From Paracoccus sp. (in: a-proteobacteria) (GTDB lineage Bacteria > Pseudomonadota > Alphaproteobacteria > Rhodobacterales > Rhodobacteraceae): DNA of 64,000 nt. The position numbers and the translations under genes are program-made. The notes under the pieces were generated by a model that ran no database searches, was not told where the DNA came from, and was given only the letters and a program-made list of their open reading frames with translations. Numbering within the stretch: the stretch's first letter is position 1; each line of letters begins with the position of its first letter. This document shows positions 1-8,848 of the stretch, one piece after another. The DNA is taken from assembly GCF_030604785.1 (NCBI RefSeq), contig NZ_JAUVVF010000002.1, positions 12,041 through 76,040 of the forward strand, in the 5' to 3' direction.

Positions 1-30
1 GAGGGCGGATTTCATCTTGGCATTCAGCAT
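1..30 (-). CDS. 5' end of a gene running off the left edge (MLNAKMKSAL...), possibly a signal peptide
   Basis: ATG at 30-28 with an AGGAGA SD (42-37) 6 nt upstream; frame open to position 1; only 10 codons visible. Confidence 0.55.
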   Translation of the reverse strand, partial: MLNAKMKSAL

Positions 31-65
31 TGGATGTCTCCTGTTGCGTTGGCATTGGCCCCTAC

Positions 66-90
66 AACACGCAGGAACGCGCCGGGTTCA
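66..90 (-). promoter_or_regulatory. Imperfect EcfG/sigmaT-like promoter (TGAAC-N16-TGTT) for the left-edge gene
   Basis: One mismatch to GGAAC-N16/17-(C/T)GTT; ends about 35 nt above the ATG at 30. Confidence 0.3.
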
Positions 91-342
91 TTCGCGCCGG
101 CCGCCGCATAGGTGGCCTCAGCTGCACGGTCACGGCTTGTTGCCCGGACGTGAGGGGCCGACGGGCCGTCCGGGGGTGCCTTGGTGGGAACCCGCCGATC
201 GGAGGGGCCTGTCAGGGCGCGATCAGGCAAGCTTTCGCCGTTTCGGCGCGAAAGCGGCACGAGGTCGGGTAATCGCCATTCGTCAGGCTTAGCTTGGCTC
301 TGCGCTTATCGGCGCATGGATGACGGAAAAGGAGAAATTCGC

Positions 343-741
343 ATGATCCGCCATATCGCACTGGTTCTGGGTGTCAGCCTGACGGCGCCTGCTGCCCTGG
401 CGCAGGAAGCCGCGGCCCCCGAGGGCGCGGCGGTCGATGCCGCAGCCACCTATGAGGCCGCGCGCAACCAGCTGGGCATCCTGAAATACTGCCAGGCGCA
501 GGGCTTTACCGGCGACGAGGCCGTGGCCGTGCAGACCCGGCTGGTCGGCATGATCCCCGCCGGGGACGCCGCCGCGGGCGACGCCGCCGAAGCGCGCGGG
601 ACCGAGGGCGTCATTGCCATCGGCGACACGCAGATCACGCTGGCCGAGGCGGTCGCGGGACAGGGCGGCACGGTCGAAGGCACCTGCCAGGAGATCGAGA
701 CCGCCGTGAACGAGGTCGGCGCCTCGCTGCCTGCGGGCTGA
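343..741 (+). CDS. Small secreted hypothetical protein, 132 aa, with two Cys and an ARNQLGILKYC motif
   Basis: AGGAGA SD at 330-335; signal peptide ending ALA-QE; Ala/Glu-rich mature part; followed by a hairpin. Confidence 0.8.
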   Translation: MIRHIALVLGVSLTAPAALAQEAAAPEGAAVDAAATYEAARNQLGILKYCQAQGFTGDEAVAVQTRLVGMIPAGDAAAGDAAEARGTEGVIAIGDTQITLAEAVAGQGGTVEGTCQEIETAVNEVGASLPAG

Positions 742-770
742 CGAGGCGCGCCTCTCGGGGCATCACAGGG

Positions 771-800
771 GACGGGCCGGTTCGCAGGAACCGGCCCGTC
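771..800. terminator. Hairpin between convergent genes, probable bidirectional terminator
   Basis: 13-bp perfect stem GACGGGCCGGTTC-gcag-GAACCGGCCCGTC. Confidence 0.7.
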
Positions 801-822
801 TGTCGTTTCAGGATCGTGTCGT

Positions 823-2040
823 TCAGGCTTCGGGATTGTCGCGGACAAGGGGGGCGGTCGCGGCGCGGGCGGCGTCGTGATCCTCGGCCGTGGCGCCGGC
901 CTCGATCAGATCGCGGGCCTCTTCCTCGGTCTCGTCCTCCAGGGCGGGGGGCGCCTCGCCGGCGAGGAAATTGCCGAACTTCTCCCATCCGGGGATATGT
1001 TCGGCCAGCACCCGCATGACCACGAGGACCGGCACCGCGATCACCATGCCGATAACCGACCAGAGCCAGGCCCAGAGCGCCACCGCCAGGAACACGACCA
1101 CCGTGTTCATCTGCAGCCGGCGCGAGACGAAATAGGGCGTGATGATCTGCCCCTCGAGGGTGGTCAGGCCCAGATAGGTCAGCCCGACCATCAAAGGCCA
1201 GAAGAGGTCGGGCATCACGATCAAGGCGACCAGCGTCGAGATGATCACCCCCGCGATCGAGCCGAGATAGGGGATGAAGTTCAGCACGAAGGCGCCGATG
1301 CCGAACAGAAGCGGCGCGGGCATCCCCCAAGCCCACATGGCCAGACCCACCGCCATACCCAGCCCGGCATTGATCAGCGTGATCGCTCCGAGGTAATTGC
1401 CAAGCGATCCCTCGATCTCGCGCAGGGCCAGATAGGCGGCGCGCTTGTCGCGCAGGCGGTCGAAGCTCTGCACGATCTTGAGATAGAGCAGGTCGCCCGA
1501 TGCCATCATGAAGAACAGCAGGACCAGCGTGAACATGATCTGGCCCAGCAGCAGCGGCGCCGATTTCACCACCATGCCAAGCGTGGTCTCACCGCCCTGC
1601 TCGATGCGGATCGTGGCGGGCAGTTCGGTTTCGGTGCCGACATTCTCGATGCGTTGGGCGGCGTCGCGCAGGTCGCTGACGCTGTCGCGGAGGCTTTCGA
1701 ACTTCTGTTCAAGCTGGGCGCTGATCAGCGGCATGTTGTTCATCGCGCGCGAGATCGGGCCGCTGGCCGCATAGGCGATGACGCTGACCACAAGCAGGAT
1801 CGACAGCGTGACGCCAAGCGCCGTGACCCCGTCGGGGATGCCACGTCTCTGCGCCAGGCGCCGCAGGGGCGTGAAGACGAAGAACAGCAGGACCGCCATC
1901 GTGACGGGCATCAGGAATTCGCGCGCCGCCGCGACGGCCGCGAAGGCCAGCACCAGAAAGATGCCGATGATCGCCCAGTTCGCCCGGCGAGCCGAGCCCT
2001 GCGCCATGCGCGGAAAATGGTGTCCCCCCGGACCGGCCAT
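823..2040 (-). CDS. AI-2E family transporter (PerM/TqsA-like)
   Basis: Multi-TM pattern with LNFIPYLGS and LEGQIITP motifs; start at 2040 after a GGGGGA SD-like run (alternative 2007). Confidence 0.88.
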   Translation of the reverse strand: MAGPGGHHFPRMAQGSARRANWAIIGIFLVLAFAAVAAAREFLMPVTMAVLLFFVFTPLRRLAQRRGIPDGVTALGVTLSILLVVSVIAYAASGPISRAMNNMPLISAQLEQKFESLRDSVSDLRDAAQRIENVGTETELPATIRIEQGGETTLGMVVKSAPLLLGQIMFTLVLLFFMMASGDLLYLKIVQSFDRLRDKRAAYLALREIEGSLGNYLGAITLINAGLGMAVGLAMWAWGMPAPLLFGIGAFVLNFIPYLGSIAGVIISTLVALIVMPDLFWPLMVGLTYLGLTTLEGQIITPYFVSRRLQMNTVVVFLAVALWAWLWSVIGMVIAVPVLVVMRVLAEHIPGWEKFGNFLAGEAPPALEDETEEEARDLIEAGATAEDHDAARAATAPLVRDNPEA

Positions 2041-2090
2041 GCTGTCCCCCCGACACGGGCGGCTGGATTGCACCCGAGATACGCGCCCCG

Positions 2091-2116
2091 AACGCAACAG
2101 GCGGGCCGGTTGTTCC
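2091..2116 (-). promoter_or_regulatory. EcfG/sigmaT-type promoter GGAAC-N17-CGTT for the AI-2E gene
   Basis: Exact consensus on the minus strand, ending 50 nt above the ATG at 2040. Confidence 0.6.
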
Positions 2117-2126
2117 GGCCCGCCTG
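2098..2126 (-). terminator. Hairpin downstream of the polyamine operon
   Basis: 12-bp stem CAGGCGGGCCGG-ttgtt-CCGGCCCGCCTG about 30 nt past the stop; weak U tract. Confidence 0.55.
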
Positions 2127-2157
2127 CGGATGCGGTGGTCGGCGCTTGCGCCCGGGA

Positions 2158-3384
2158 TCAGATCGGGCGATCGCCCCGGGCGTCGATCACGCGGGTGGGC
2201 AGGCCCATCTCGCCCAGAAGTTCAAGGAAGGGCCGCGCGGGCAGTTCCTCGACATTGGCCATCTTCTTCACGTCCCAGGGCCCGCGCGCGATCAGGATGG
2301 CGGCGGCGACCGGCGGCACGCCCGCCGTGTAGCTGATCCCCTGGCTGCCGACCTCGAGGAAGGCCTCCTTGTGGTCGGCGACGTTGTAGATGAACACCTC
2401 GGCGGGCTGGCCGTCGCGTGTGCCTTTCACCAGATCGCCGATGCAGGTCTTGCCCTCGTAATCGGGGGCAAGGCTGGCCGGGTCGGGCAGGACCGCCTTG
2501 ACGACCTTGAGCGGCACGACCTCCAGCCCCTCGGCGGTGGTGACGGGCTGCTCGGACAGCAGGCCGAGGTTCTGAAGAACCGTGAACACGTTGATGTAAT
2601 GCTCGCCAAAGCCCATCCAGAAGCGGACATCCGCATCGGGATAGCGCGCGGCAAGGCTGTGAACCTCGTCATGGCCCGACAGATAGGCGGTGCGCTTGCC
2701 GACGACGGGCAGGTCCCATTCGCGGCCGACCTCGAACATCTTGTTGGTCTTCCATTCGCCGCCCTGCCACGAATAGACGGTGCCGGTGAACTCGCGGAAG
2801 TTGATCTCGGGGTCGAAATTCGTGGCGAACCAGCGGCCATGGCTGCCGGCGTTGATGTCCACGATGTCGATGCTGTCGATCTTGTCGAAATACTCGTCCT
2901 CGGCCAGACGGGCATAGGCGTTCACCACGCCCGGATCGAAACCCGCGCCGAGGACGGCGGTGATGCCGGCCGCCGCCACATCCTCGCGCCGCTTCCATTC
3001 GTAATTGGCATACCAGGGCGGCGTCTCGCAGATCTTCGAGGGATCCTCGTGGATCGCGGTGTCGATATACGCCGCGCCCGCGCGGATGCAGCCTTCCAGC
3101 ACGGTCATGTTGATGAAGGCCGTGCCCACATTGATGACGATCTTCGCGTCAACCTGACGGATCAGCGCCTCGACCGCGCCTGCATCCATCGCGTCCAGCG
3201 CGTGGCTGGCAAAGGGCATCTGATGGCCCTTGTCGCGCAGGCTGTCGATGATCGCATCGGCCTTGGCCTGCGTGCGGTTGGCGATATGCAGGTCGCCGAA
3301 CTCGGCCGACCATTGCGCAACCTTGTGGGCCGTGACCTGCGCCACGCCGCCCGCACCGATGATGAGCACGTTCTTCTTCGCCAA
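2158..3384 (-). CDS. Carboxy(nor)spermidine dehydrogenase (saccharopine dehydrogenase family)
   Basis: Rossmann GAGGVA, GAGFDPG and NFDPEINFRE motifs; TTG start with AAGGAG SD; directly downstream of nspC. Confidence 0.9.
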   Translation of the reverse strand: MAKKNVLIIGAGGVAQVTAHKVAQWSAEFGDLHIANRTQAKADAIIDSLRDKGHQMPFASHALDAMDAGAVEALIRQVDAKIVINVGTAFINMTVLEGCIRAGAAYIDTAIHEDPSKICETPPWYANYEWKRREDVAAAGITAVLGAGFDPGVVNAYARLAEDEYFDKIDSIDIVDINAGSHGRWFATNFDPEINFREFTGTVYSWQGGEWKTNKMFEVGREWDLPVVGKRTAYLSGHDEVHSLAARYPDADVRFWMGFGEHYINVFTVLQNLGLLSEQPVTTAEGLEVVPLKVVKAVLPDPASLAPDYEGKTCIGDLVKGTRDGQPAEVFIYNVADHKEAFLEVGSQGISYTAGVPPVAAAILIARGPWDVKKMANVEELPARPFLELLGEMGLPTRVIDARGDRPI

Positions 3385-3420
3385 TTCTGTCTCCTTCAGG
3401 TGGCAGAGGATGGGAGGCCG

Positions 3421-4527
3421 TCAGGAAAGGCTGGCCTTGTAATCGTCATAGTCGAAGCTGCGGACGGTGCGGATCGTTCCGTCCTCATGCCGGTGGGCGA
3501 TGGCGGGCATGGCCACGCCGTTGAACCAGTTCTTCTTGACCATCGTGTAGCCCGCCGCGTCGCGGATGCTGACGCGATCGCCCACCTCGAGGGGCCGGGC
3601 CATGCGCGCGGTGCCGAAGATATCGCCCGCAAGGCAGGTCTTGCCGGCGATCTGGTATTCGTGCGGCCCCTCGTCGGGCAGCTTGGCATCCTGGCGATAG
3701 ATCAGCAGGTCCAGCATATGCGCCTCGGTCGAGCTGTCCACGATGGCGACCTGCTTGCCGTTGTCGATGATGTCCAGCACGCTGACCTCGAGCGTGGTCG
3801 TCTCGGTGATGCTGGCCTCGCCCGGTTCCAGATAGGCCTGCACGCCGAACCGGTCCTGGAAGGCACGCAGCCGCGCGGCCAGACGGTCCAGCGGGTAGCC
3901 CTCGCCGGTGAAGTGGATGCCGCCCCCAAGCGAGACCCAGTCCAGCCGGTGCAGAAGGGCGCCGAACTCATCCTCGATCCGGGTCAGCTGGCGGTCGAAC
4001 AGGTCGAAATCCGCGTTCTCGCAATTGTAGTGGATCATCACGCCGCTGATGCGGTCCAGCGCCTGTTCCAGCCGCGCCATGTCCCATTCCCCAAGCCGCG
4101 AGAAGGGCCGCGCCGGGTCCGCCAGATCGAAGCCCGAGGTGGAAAAGCGCGGGTTCAGCCGCAGCCCGGCCGCGATCCCCGCCGCCTCTGCGCGGTCCGA
4201 AAAGCGGTCAAGCTGGCCCAGGCTGTTGAAGATGATCTTGTCGGCATAGCCGATCGCCTCGTCGATCTCGTGATCGGCCCAGGCGACGGAATAGGCGTGG
4301 GTCTCCTTGCCGAAGGTCTCGCGCCCCAGCCGCAATTCGTAGAGCGACGACGAGGTCGTGCCGTCCATGAAATCGCGCATGTGGTCAAAGACCGACCAGG
4401 TGGCGAAGCATTTCAGCGCCAGCAGCGCCTTGGCGCCCGACGCCTCGCGCAGATGGGCGATCTTGTCCATATTCGCGCGCAGCCGGGCAAGGTCGATCAG
4501 GTAATGGGGCGTCTGCGGCAGGGTCAT
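3421..4527 (-). CDS. nspC: Carboxy(nor)spermidine decarboxylase
   Basis: PLP-lysine motif LLALKCF; TSSSLYE, SLGGG, EPGE, CLAGD and YTMVKKNWFNG motifs. Confidence 0.92.
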   Translation of the reverse strand: MTLPQTPHYLIDLARLRANMDKIAHLREASGAKALLALKCFATWSVFDHMRDFMDGTTSSSLYELRLGRETFGKETHAYSVAWADHEIDEAIGYADKIIFNSLGQLDRFSDRAEAAGIAAGLRLNPRFSTSGFDLADPARPFSRLGEWDMARLEQALDRISGVMIHYNCENADFDLFDRQLTRIEDEFGALLHRLDWVSLGGGIHFTGEGYPLDRLAARLRAFQDRFGVQAYLEPGEASITETTTLEVSVLDIIDNGKQVAIVDSSTEAHMLDLLIYRQDAKLPDEGPHEYQIAGKTCLAGDIFGTARMARPLEVGDRVSIRDAAGYTMVKKNWFNGVAMPAIAHRHEDGTIRTVRSFDYDDYKASLS

Positions 4528-4670
4528 GGGCGAACCTTCTTGTCGGGCGGCCGGGCGGTCATCACGAAGCGGCGGAAACCGCGATATAAAGACCGGCCCC
4601 GCTTTTCGCAAGAAACCATGACAGACCGGTGACGCGGCGCGGCCCCGTCCCTGCGTCGAGAAAGCGGCCT

Positions 4671-5039
4671 TCAACCCTGCGGTTGCGCCATCTTTCGCAG
4701 CTCGCGCTTGACCAGTTCCAGTTCGGCGCGCAGGGCCGCGATCTCGGCCAGCAGATCGTCCTCGAGCGGGCGCCCCGCCAAGAGCGCCAGCCGCGCCAGC
4801 GTCAGGGCCGGCTCGCTGCCCGTCTCGGCCAGCAGCATCAGCGTCTGCACCCCGTCCGAGACGACCGTGCCCGGCAGATCGACCTCGACCTGCCAGCCCT
4901 CGCCGTCGGGGGTCAGCGTGGCCTCGGCCAGGGTCTCGCCGTGATGGGACAGGATCACCCGCTCGGGCGCCGCGCCGCCCGACAGCCGGCCGCGCCATGT
5001 TCCGCCCCTGACACCGTGGCTTTCGAATTGCAGCATCAT
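4671..5039 (-). CDS. Conserved hypothetical protein, 122 aa, beta-rich with a C-terminal coiled coil
   Basis: AGGA SD; 7-nt gap after the upstream gene; heptad-like tail LLAEIAALRAELELVKRELRK. Confidence 0.75.
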   Translation of the reverse strand: MMLQFESHGVRGGTWRGRLSGGAAPERVILSHHGETLAEATLTPDGEGWQVEVDLPGTVVSDGVQTLMLLAETGSEPALTLARLALLAGRPLEDDLLAEIAALRAELELVKRELRKMAQPQG

Positions 5040-5046
5040 CTGTTCC

Positions 5047-5832
5047 TCACATCTGGGCGCGGGGATGGCGCGACAGGACGATGTCGCGCAGCGTCACGGC
5101 GTTCATTGCGGGCGCTTCCAGGATCAGGTCGATCCAGGCCTTGTCGACCTTGCGCGCCGAAAGCTCGGCATAGCCCAGATCGAATTCGATCACGCGGCGC
5201 CCGCCCTTGCCCTGAACGTCGTCGCCCATCTTGCGCAGCATCGTCTCGGTGTTCGGGCCCTGCTGGATGTTCAGCCGCGCATAAAGCGTGATCGGCCGCT
5301 CGGCCTCGATCAGCGCGTCCAGCCGGATGATATGATAGCCCGCCAGATCGCTGACCGCCTCGGGGGGCAGGCCGAGCGAATAGGACAGGTAGCTGCCCCG
5401 GAAGCCCAGCACCTCCAGCACCAGCGCGTAATCGGTCAGGTCGGTGGTCCGGCGGTTGCGACGCTGGCGCAGGATCAGGGCGCGGTCGGGGCAATCGTGA
5501 TACAGCGACACTTCCGGCGAAAGCCAGGCGCCGCTTTGCGGGGCCACCAGCGAGCGGTGGTCGATCCGCGCCTGCAGCACCTGCGGCCGCCAGCGCCAGT
5601 CGGTTCCCGCCGGCAGGACCATGCGCGCCAGCGATCCGCGCGCGGCGGTGATCGCGGCCTCGGACCGGTGCAGAAGCCGCCCCAGAACGGCATGCAGGCC
5701 AAGCGCCTCGTCGCGGGTGCTGTCCCGCAGGGGCCGGTCGTCATGCTGCAGCGATGCGAGGATCGCGTTCCAGTGCAGCGCGGCGCGGCGTCTGATCCGC
5801 CGCGACAGCCAGTTGTGTTCCAGACGTCTCAT
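5047..5832 (-). CDS. Conserved hypothetical protein, DUF6478-like
   Basis: Rhodobacteraceae-type sequence with RLNIQQGPN, EFDLGY and C-terminal RHPRA; family name from recollection; start could be 5919. Confidence 0.7.
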   Translation of the reverse strand: MRRLEHNWLSRRIRRRAALHWNAILASLQHDDRPLRDSTRDEALGLHAVLGRLLHRSEAAITAARGSLARMVLPAGTDWRWRPQVLQARIDHRSLVAPQSGAWLSPEVSLYHDCPDRALILRQRRNRRTTDLTDYALVLEVLGFRGSYLSYSLGLPPEAVSDLAGYHIIRLDALIEAERPITLYARLNIQQGPNTETMLRKMGDDVQGKGGRRVIEFDLGYAELSARKVDKAWIDLILEAPAMNAVTLRDIVLSRHPRAQM

Positions 5833-5983
5833 GAACCGAAAAACCCTCGAATCGCAGACAGACACACGCCCGGACGCCACCACCGGCAGCGCGGGCCGAT
5901 TCGCCCCGCCTCTGGCCATGCCGCCTCGTCACCTCCATGGGGATAGTGCGCGGGGCGCCACTCGGCAAGGCTCAGGCCGCCGC

Positions 5984-6295
5984 TCAGGCGACCAGCGCGT
6001 TCAAAGCCGCCGCCGAGGCCAGATCCCTGCCCGTCAGACCGCCAGCGTCATGCGTGGTGAAGCTGACTTCGCAATAGCCCCAGCCAAAGGCGATGTCGGG
6101 ATGGTGGTTGTGCCGGTTGCCCAGCCAGGCGGCCAGATTGGCCATCTCGACGGCAGGGGCAAAGCCCTTGAAGGCGAAACGGCGGCTGATCCGGCGCCCG
6201 TCGGAAGACCGGACCCAGCCCTCCAGCGCGGCCAGCTTCCGGTCGATCTCGTCATCCGCAAGGGGGCGGTTCTCTGCATCCTCGCCTGTCGGCAT
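5984..6295 (-). CDS. phhB: Pterin-4a-carbinolamine dehydratase
   Basis: [21 protein letters not shown] motifs; AGGAGG SD. Confidence 0.88.
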   Translation of the reverse strand: MPTGEDAENRPLADDEIDRKLAALEGWVRSSDGRRISRRFAFKGFAPAVEMANLAAWLGNRHNHHPDIAFGWGYCEVSFTTHDAGGLTGRDLASAAALNALVA

Positions 6296-6366
6296 CGCAT
6301 CCTCCTGTTCGGCTGGCCCCATCTGGCCCTCTGGCCCTCTGCGGCGCAAGCCCTGCCCGCGTCGGG

Positions 6367-7794
6367 TCACAGCAGCGGCGATGCGATGGCCAGCAGGTTG
6401 TTGCGCAGCCGCCGCGCCGCGCTCCAGCCGCGGACCTCTTCCAGCGTCAGCGCCCGCGATCGCGCCGCATAGCTTGCCTGCCGCTGGTCCAGCGCCGCGA
6501 TGAAGTCGGGGTCGAAGACGCCCATATTCACCTCGTAGTTCAGCTCGAAGCTGCGGCGGTCCAGATTGGCGCTGCCGATCATCGCCATCCGCCCGTCCAC
6601 GGTCATGATCTTGGAATGCAGCAGGCCGCGTTCGAACAGCATCAGCTGCACCCCCGCCGCCAGCAGCCCATCATAGAAGCCCTGACTGGTCGCGCCGACG
6701 ATCAGACTGTCATTGCGCGCGGGCAGGATCATCGTGACCTGCACACCCCGCCGCGCCGCGGCCCGGATCGCGGCATCCAGCGCCGCGTCGGGCACGTAAT
6801 AGGGCGTGGTGATCACGACCCGCTCGCGCGCCTGGTGCAGCATCCCGGACAGGCAATCCGATACGCTGCCCGCGCGCAGGTCCGGCCCCGTGGCCACCAC
6901 CTGCGCCAGCTTGCCCGGCGCGGCGACGGGTTCCACCGGTTGCAGCATGTGGCCCAGATCGCGGCCCGTATAGCTCATCCAGTCGCCCAGAAAGACGGCC
7001 TGCAACTGCCGCACGACCGGCCCCTCGACCGAGACGAGGATATCGACCCAGGGCGCGTGGCGGGGCTTGATCGCAAAGGCCATGTCGGCGCAGTTGCGGC
7101 TGCCGGTGAAGGCCACGCTGTTGTCGATCACCAGGATCTTGCGGTGGTTGCGCAGGTCCAGCCGCTGGAACAGCATGCTGATGAAGGGCAGTCCGATCGG
7201 AAAGGCCGTGACGCATTCCGCACCGGCCTGGCTCATCCGCTCCCACAGATCCGACCGCACCAGCGCGCGCGAGCCGAGCGCATCCACGATCACACGGCAC
7301 TCGACGCCGCGCGCCTCGGCGCGGATCACGGCCTCGGCGATCTTGGTGCCGCTGGCATCGGGCAGCCAGATGTAGAACAGCACATGGACGTGATCGCGCG
7401 CCGCGTCGATCGCCTCGACCAGCCGGTCGATGGCGGCATCCGACTCCTCCAGCAGCCGCAGCCGGTTGCCCGACAGGGCGGGCATCCCCCCCACGGCGGC
7501 ATTGGCGGCCATGACCGGGCGCACGGCATCGGGCGGCTCGACGGCGATCCAGGGGCTTTGCCCGCGCAGGCCGGTCAGGCGGTCGCGGGCATCGGCCATG
7601 CGCTGCACATCGGCCTGCCGCATCCTGACCTCGCCGAACAGCAGATAGGCGACGATGCCGATCAGCGGCACGGCCTCGATCACCATGATCCAGGCCAGCC
7701 GGATCGACGGCTCGACTCTGGGGCGCAGCAGCACGCGGGCCACGATGGCCAGCGACAGGGTGGTATGCATCACGAAGAACAGGCTGGCCCACAT
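6367..7794 (-). CDS. cls: Cardiolipin synthase
   Basis: N-terminal two-TM segment; two HKD motifs ([18 protein letters not shown]). Confidence 0.92.
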   Translation of the reverse strand: MWASLFFVMHTTLSLAIVARVLLRPRVEPSIRLAWIMVIEAVPLIGIVAYLLFGEVRMRQADVQRMADARDRLTGLRGQSPWIAVEPPDAVRPVMAANAAVGGMPALSGNRLRLLEESDAAIDRLVEAIDAARDHVHVLFYIWLPDASGTKIAEAVIRAEARGVECRVIVDALGSRALVRSDLWERMSQAGAECVTAFPIGLPFISMLFQRLDLRNHRKILVIDNSVAFTGSRNCADMAFAIKPRHAPWVDILVSVEGPVVRQLQAVFLGDWMSYTGRDLGHMLQPVEPVAAPGKLAQVVATGPDLRAGSVSDCLSGMLHQARERVVITTPYYVPDAALDAAIRAAARRGVQVTMILPARNDSLIVGATSQGFYDGLLAAGVQLMLFERGLLHSKIMTVDGRMAMIGSANLDRRSFELNYEVNMGVFDPDFIAALDQRQASYAARSRALTLEEVRGWSAARRLRNNLLAIASPLL

Positions 7795-7881
7795 GCGCGC
7801 ATCATCCGCGCGGACCCCGGCAATTGCAATTCCCCGCCTTCCGCCCTATCTGGGGCGCTGAAACAGCCAAGGTCGCCCGCG

Positions 7882-8784
7882 ATGAACTGGATCACGAACT
7901 ACGTCCGCCCGCGCATCAACTCGCTGTTCTCGCGGCGCGAAGTGCCCGAGAACCTGTGGACGAAATGCCCCGAATGCGGGACCATGCTGTTCCACCGCGA
8001 ACTCAGCGACAACCTGAACGTCTGCACGAATTGCGACCACCACATGGCGATCACGCCGAGGGCGCGCTTTGCCGCGCTGTTCGACGGCGGCGCCTTCGTC
8101 GAGGTCAAGGTCCCCGAGCCGATCACCGATCCGCTGCATTTCCGCGACCAGAAGAAATATCCCGACCGGATGAAGGCCGCGCAGAAGACCACCGGCGAGA
8201 AAGAGGCCATGCTGGTCGCCGAGGGCGAGATCGGCCGCACCCCCCTGATCGCCGTGGGCCAGGATTTCAGCTTCATGGGCGGATCGATGGGCATGTATGT
8301 CGGCAACGCGATCATCGCGGCCGCCGAACGCGCCGTGCAGACCGGCAAGCCGCTGGTCCTCTTTTCGGCGGCGGGCGGCGCCCGGATGCAGGAGGGGATC
8401 CTGTCTCTGATGCAGATGCCGCGCACCACCGTCGCGGTCGAGATGCTGAAGGAAGCGGGCATTCCCTATATCGTCGTGCTGACCCACCCGACCACGGGCG
8501 GCGTGACGGCCAGCTACGCCATGCTGGGCGACATCCAGATCGCCGAGCCCAACGCGCTGATCTGCTTCGCGGGCCCCCGCGTGATCGAGCAGACCATCCG
8601 CGAGAAGCTGCCCGAGGGCTTCCAGCGCGCCGAATACCTGCTGGAGCACGGGATGCTTGACCGCGTGACCCACCGCAAGGCGCTGCGCGACGAGCTGATC
8701 TCGATCCTGCGGATGCTGACCGGCCAGCCCGCGCCCACCCGCGCCGACCTGCCCGCCCCGGAACCGGCCCCGGCCGAGGCCTGA
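7882..8784 (+). CDS. accD: Acetyl-CoA carboxylase carboxyltransferase beta subunit
   Basis: [10 protein letters not shown] start, CPEC...CTNC zinc ribbon, [13 protein letters not shown]. Confidence 0.97.
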   Translation: MNWITNYVRPRINSLFSRREVPENLWTKCPECGTMLFHRELSDNLNVCTNCDHHMAITPRARFAALFDGGAFVEVKVPEPITDPLHFRDQKKYPDRMKAAQKTTGEKEAMLVAEGEIGRTPLIAVGQDFSFMGGSMGMYVGNAIIAAAERAVQTGKPLVLFSAAGGARMQEGILSLMQMPRTTVAVEMLKEAGIPYIVVLTHPTTGGVTASYAMLGDIQIAEPNALICFAGPRVIEQTIREKLPEGFQRAEYLLEHGMLDRVTHRKALRDELISILRMLTGQPAPTRADLPAPEPAPAEA

Positions 8785-8795
8785 TCCTTCACCAT

Positions 8796-8820
8796 CCGGG
8801 GTCCGGGGGCTGGCCCCCGG
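8796..8820. repeat. REP-like palindromic element, short copy
   Basis: CCGGGGTCCGGGGG-ctgg-CCCCCGG, nearly identical to 46536-46559. Confidence 0.7.
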
Positions 8821-8848
8821 CGCTCTTCTCCTTACAGGGCCGCGTGCC

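Noticed and set aside
343-741. ESAT-6/WXG100 type VII secretion substrate
   Set aside because: Has a Sec-type signal peptide, no WXG motif and no type VII genes nearby
877-4632. 1251-aa plus-strand ORF and many other long antisense ORFs (e.g. 18395-19972, 30205-32349, 38196-40247, 57463-59343)
   Set aside because: They mirror well-supported genes on the opposite strand, lack motifs and RBSs, and are the expected shadow of high-GC codon bias
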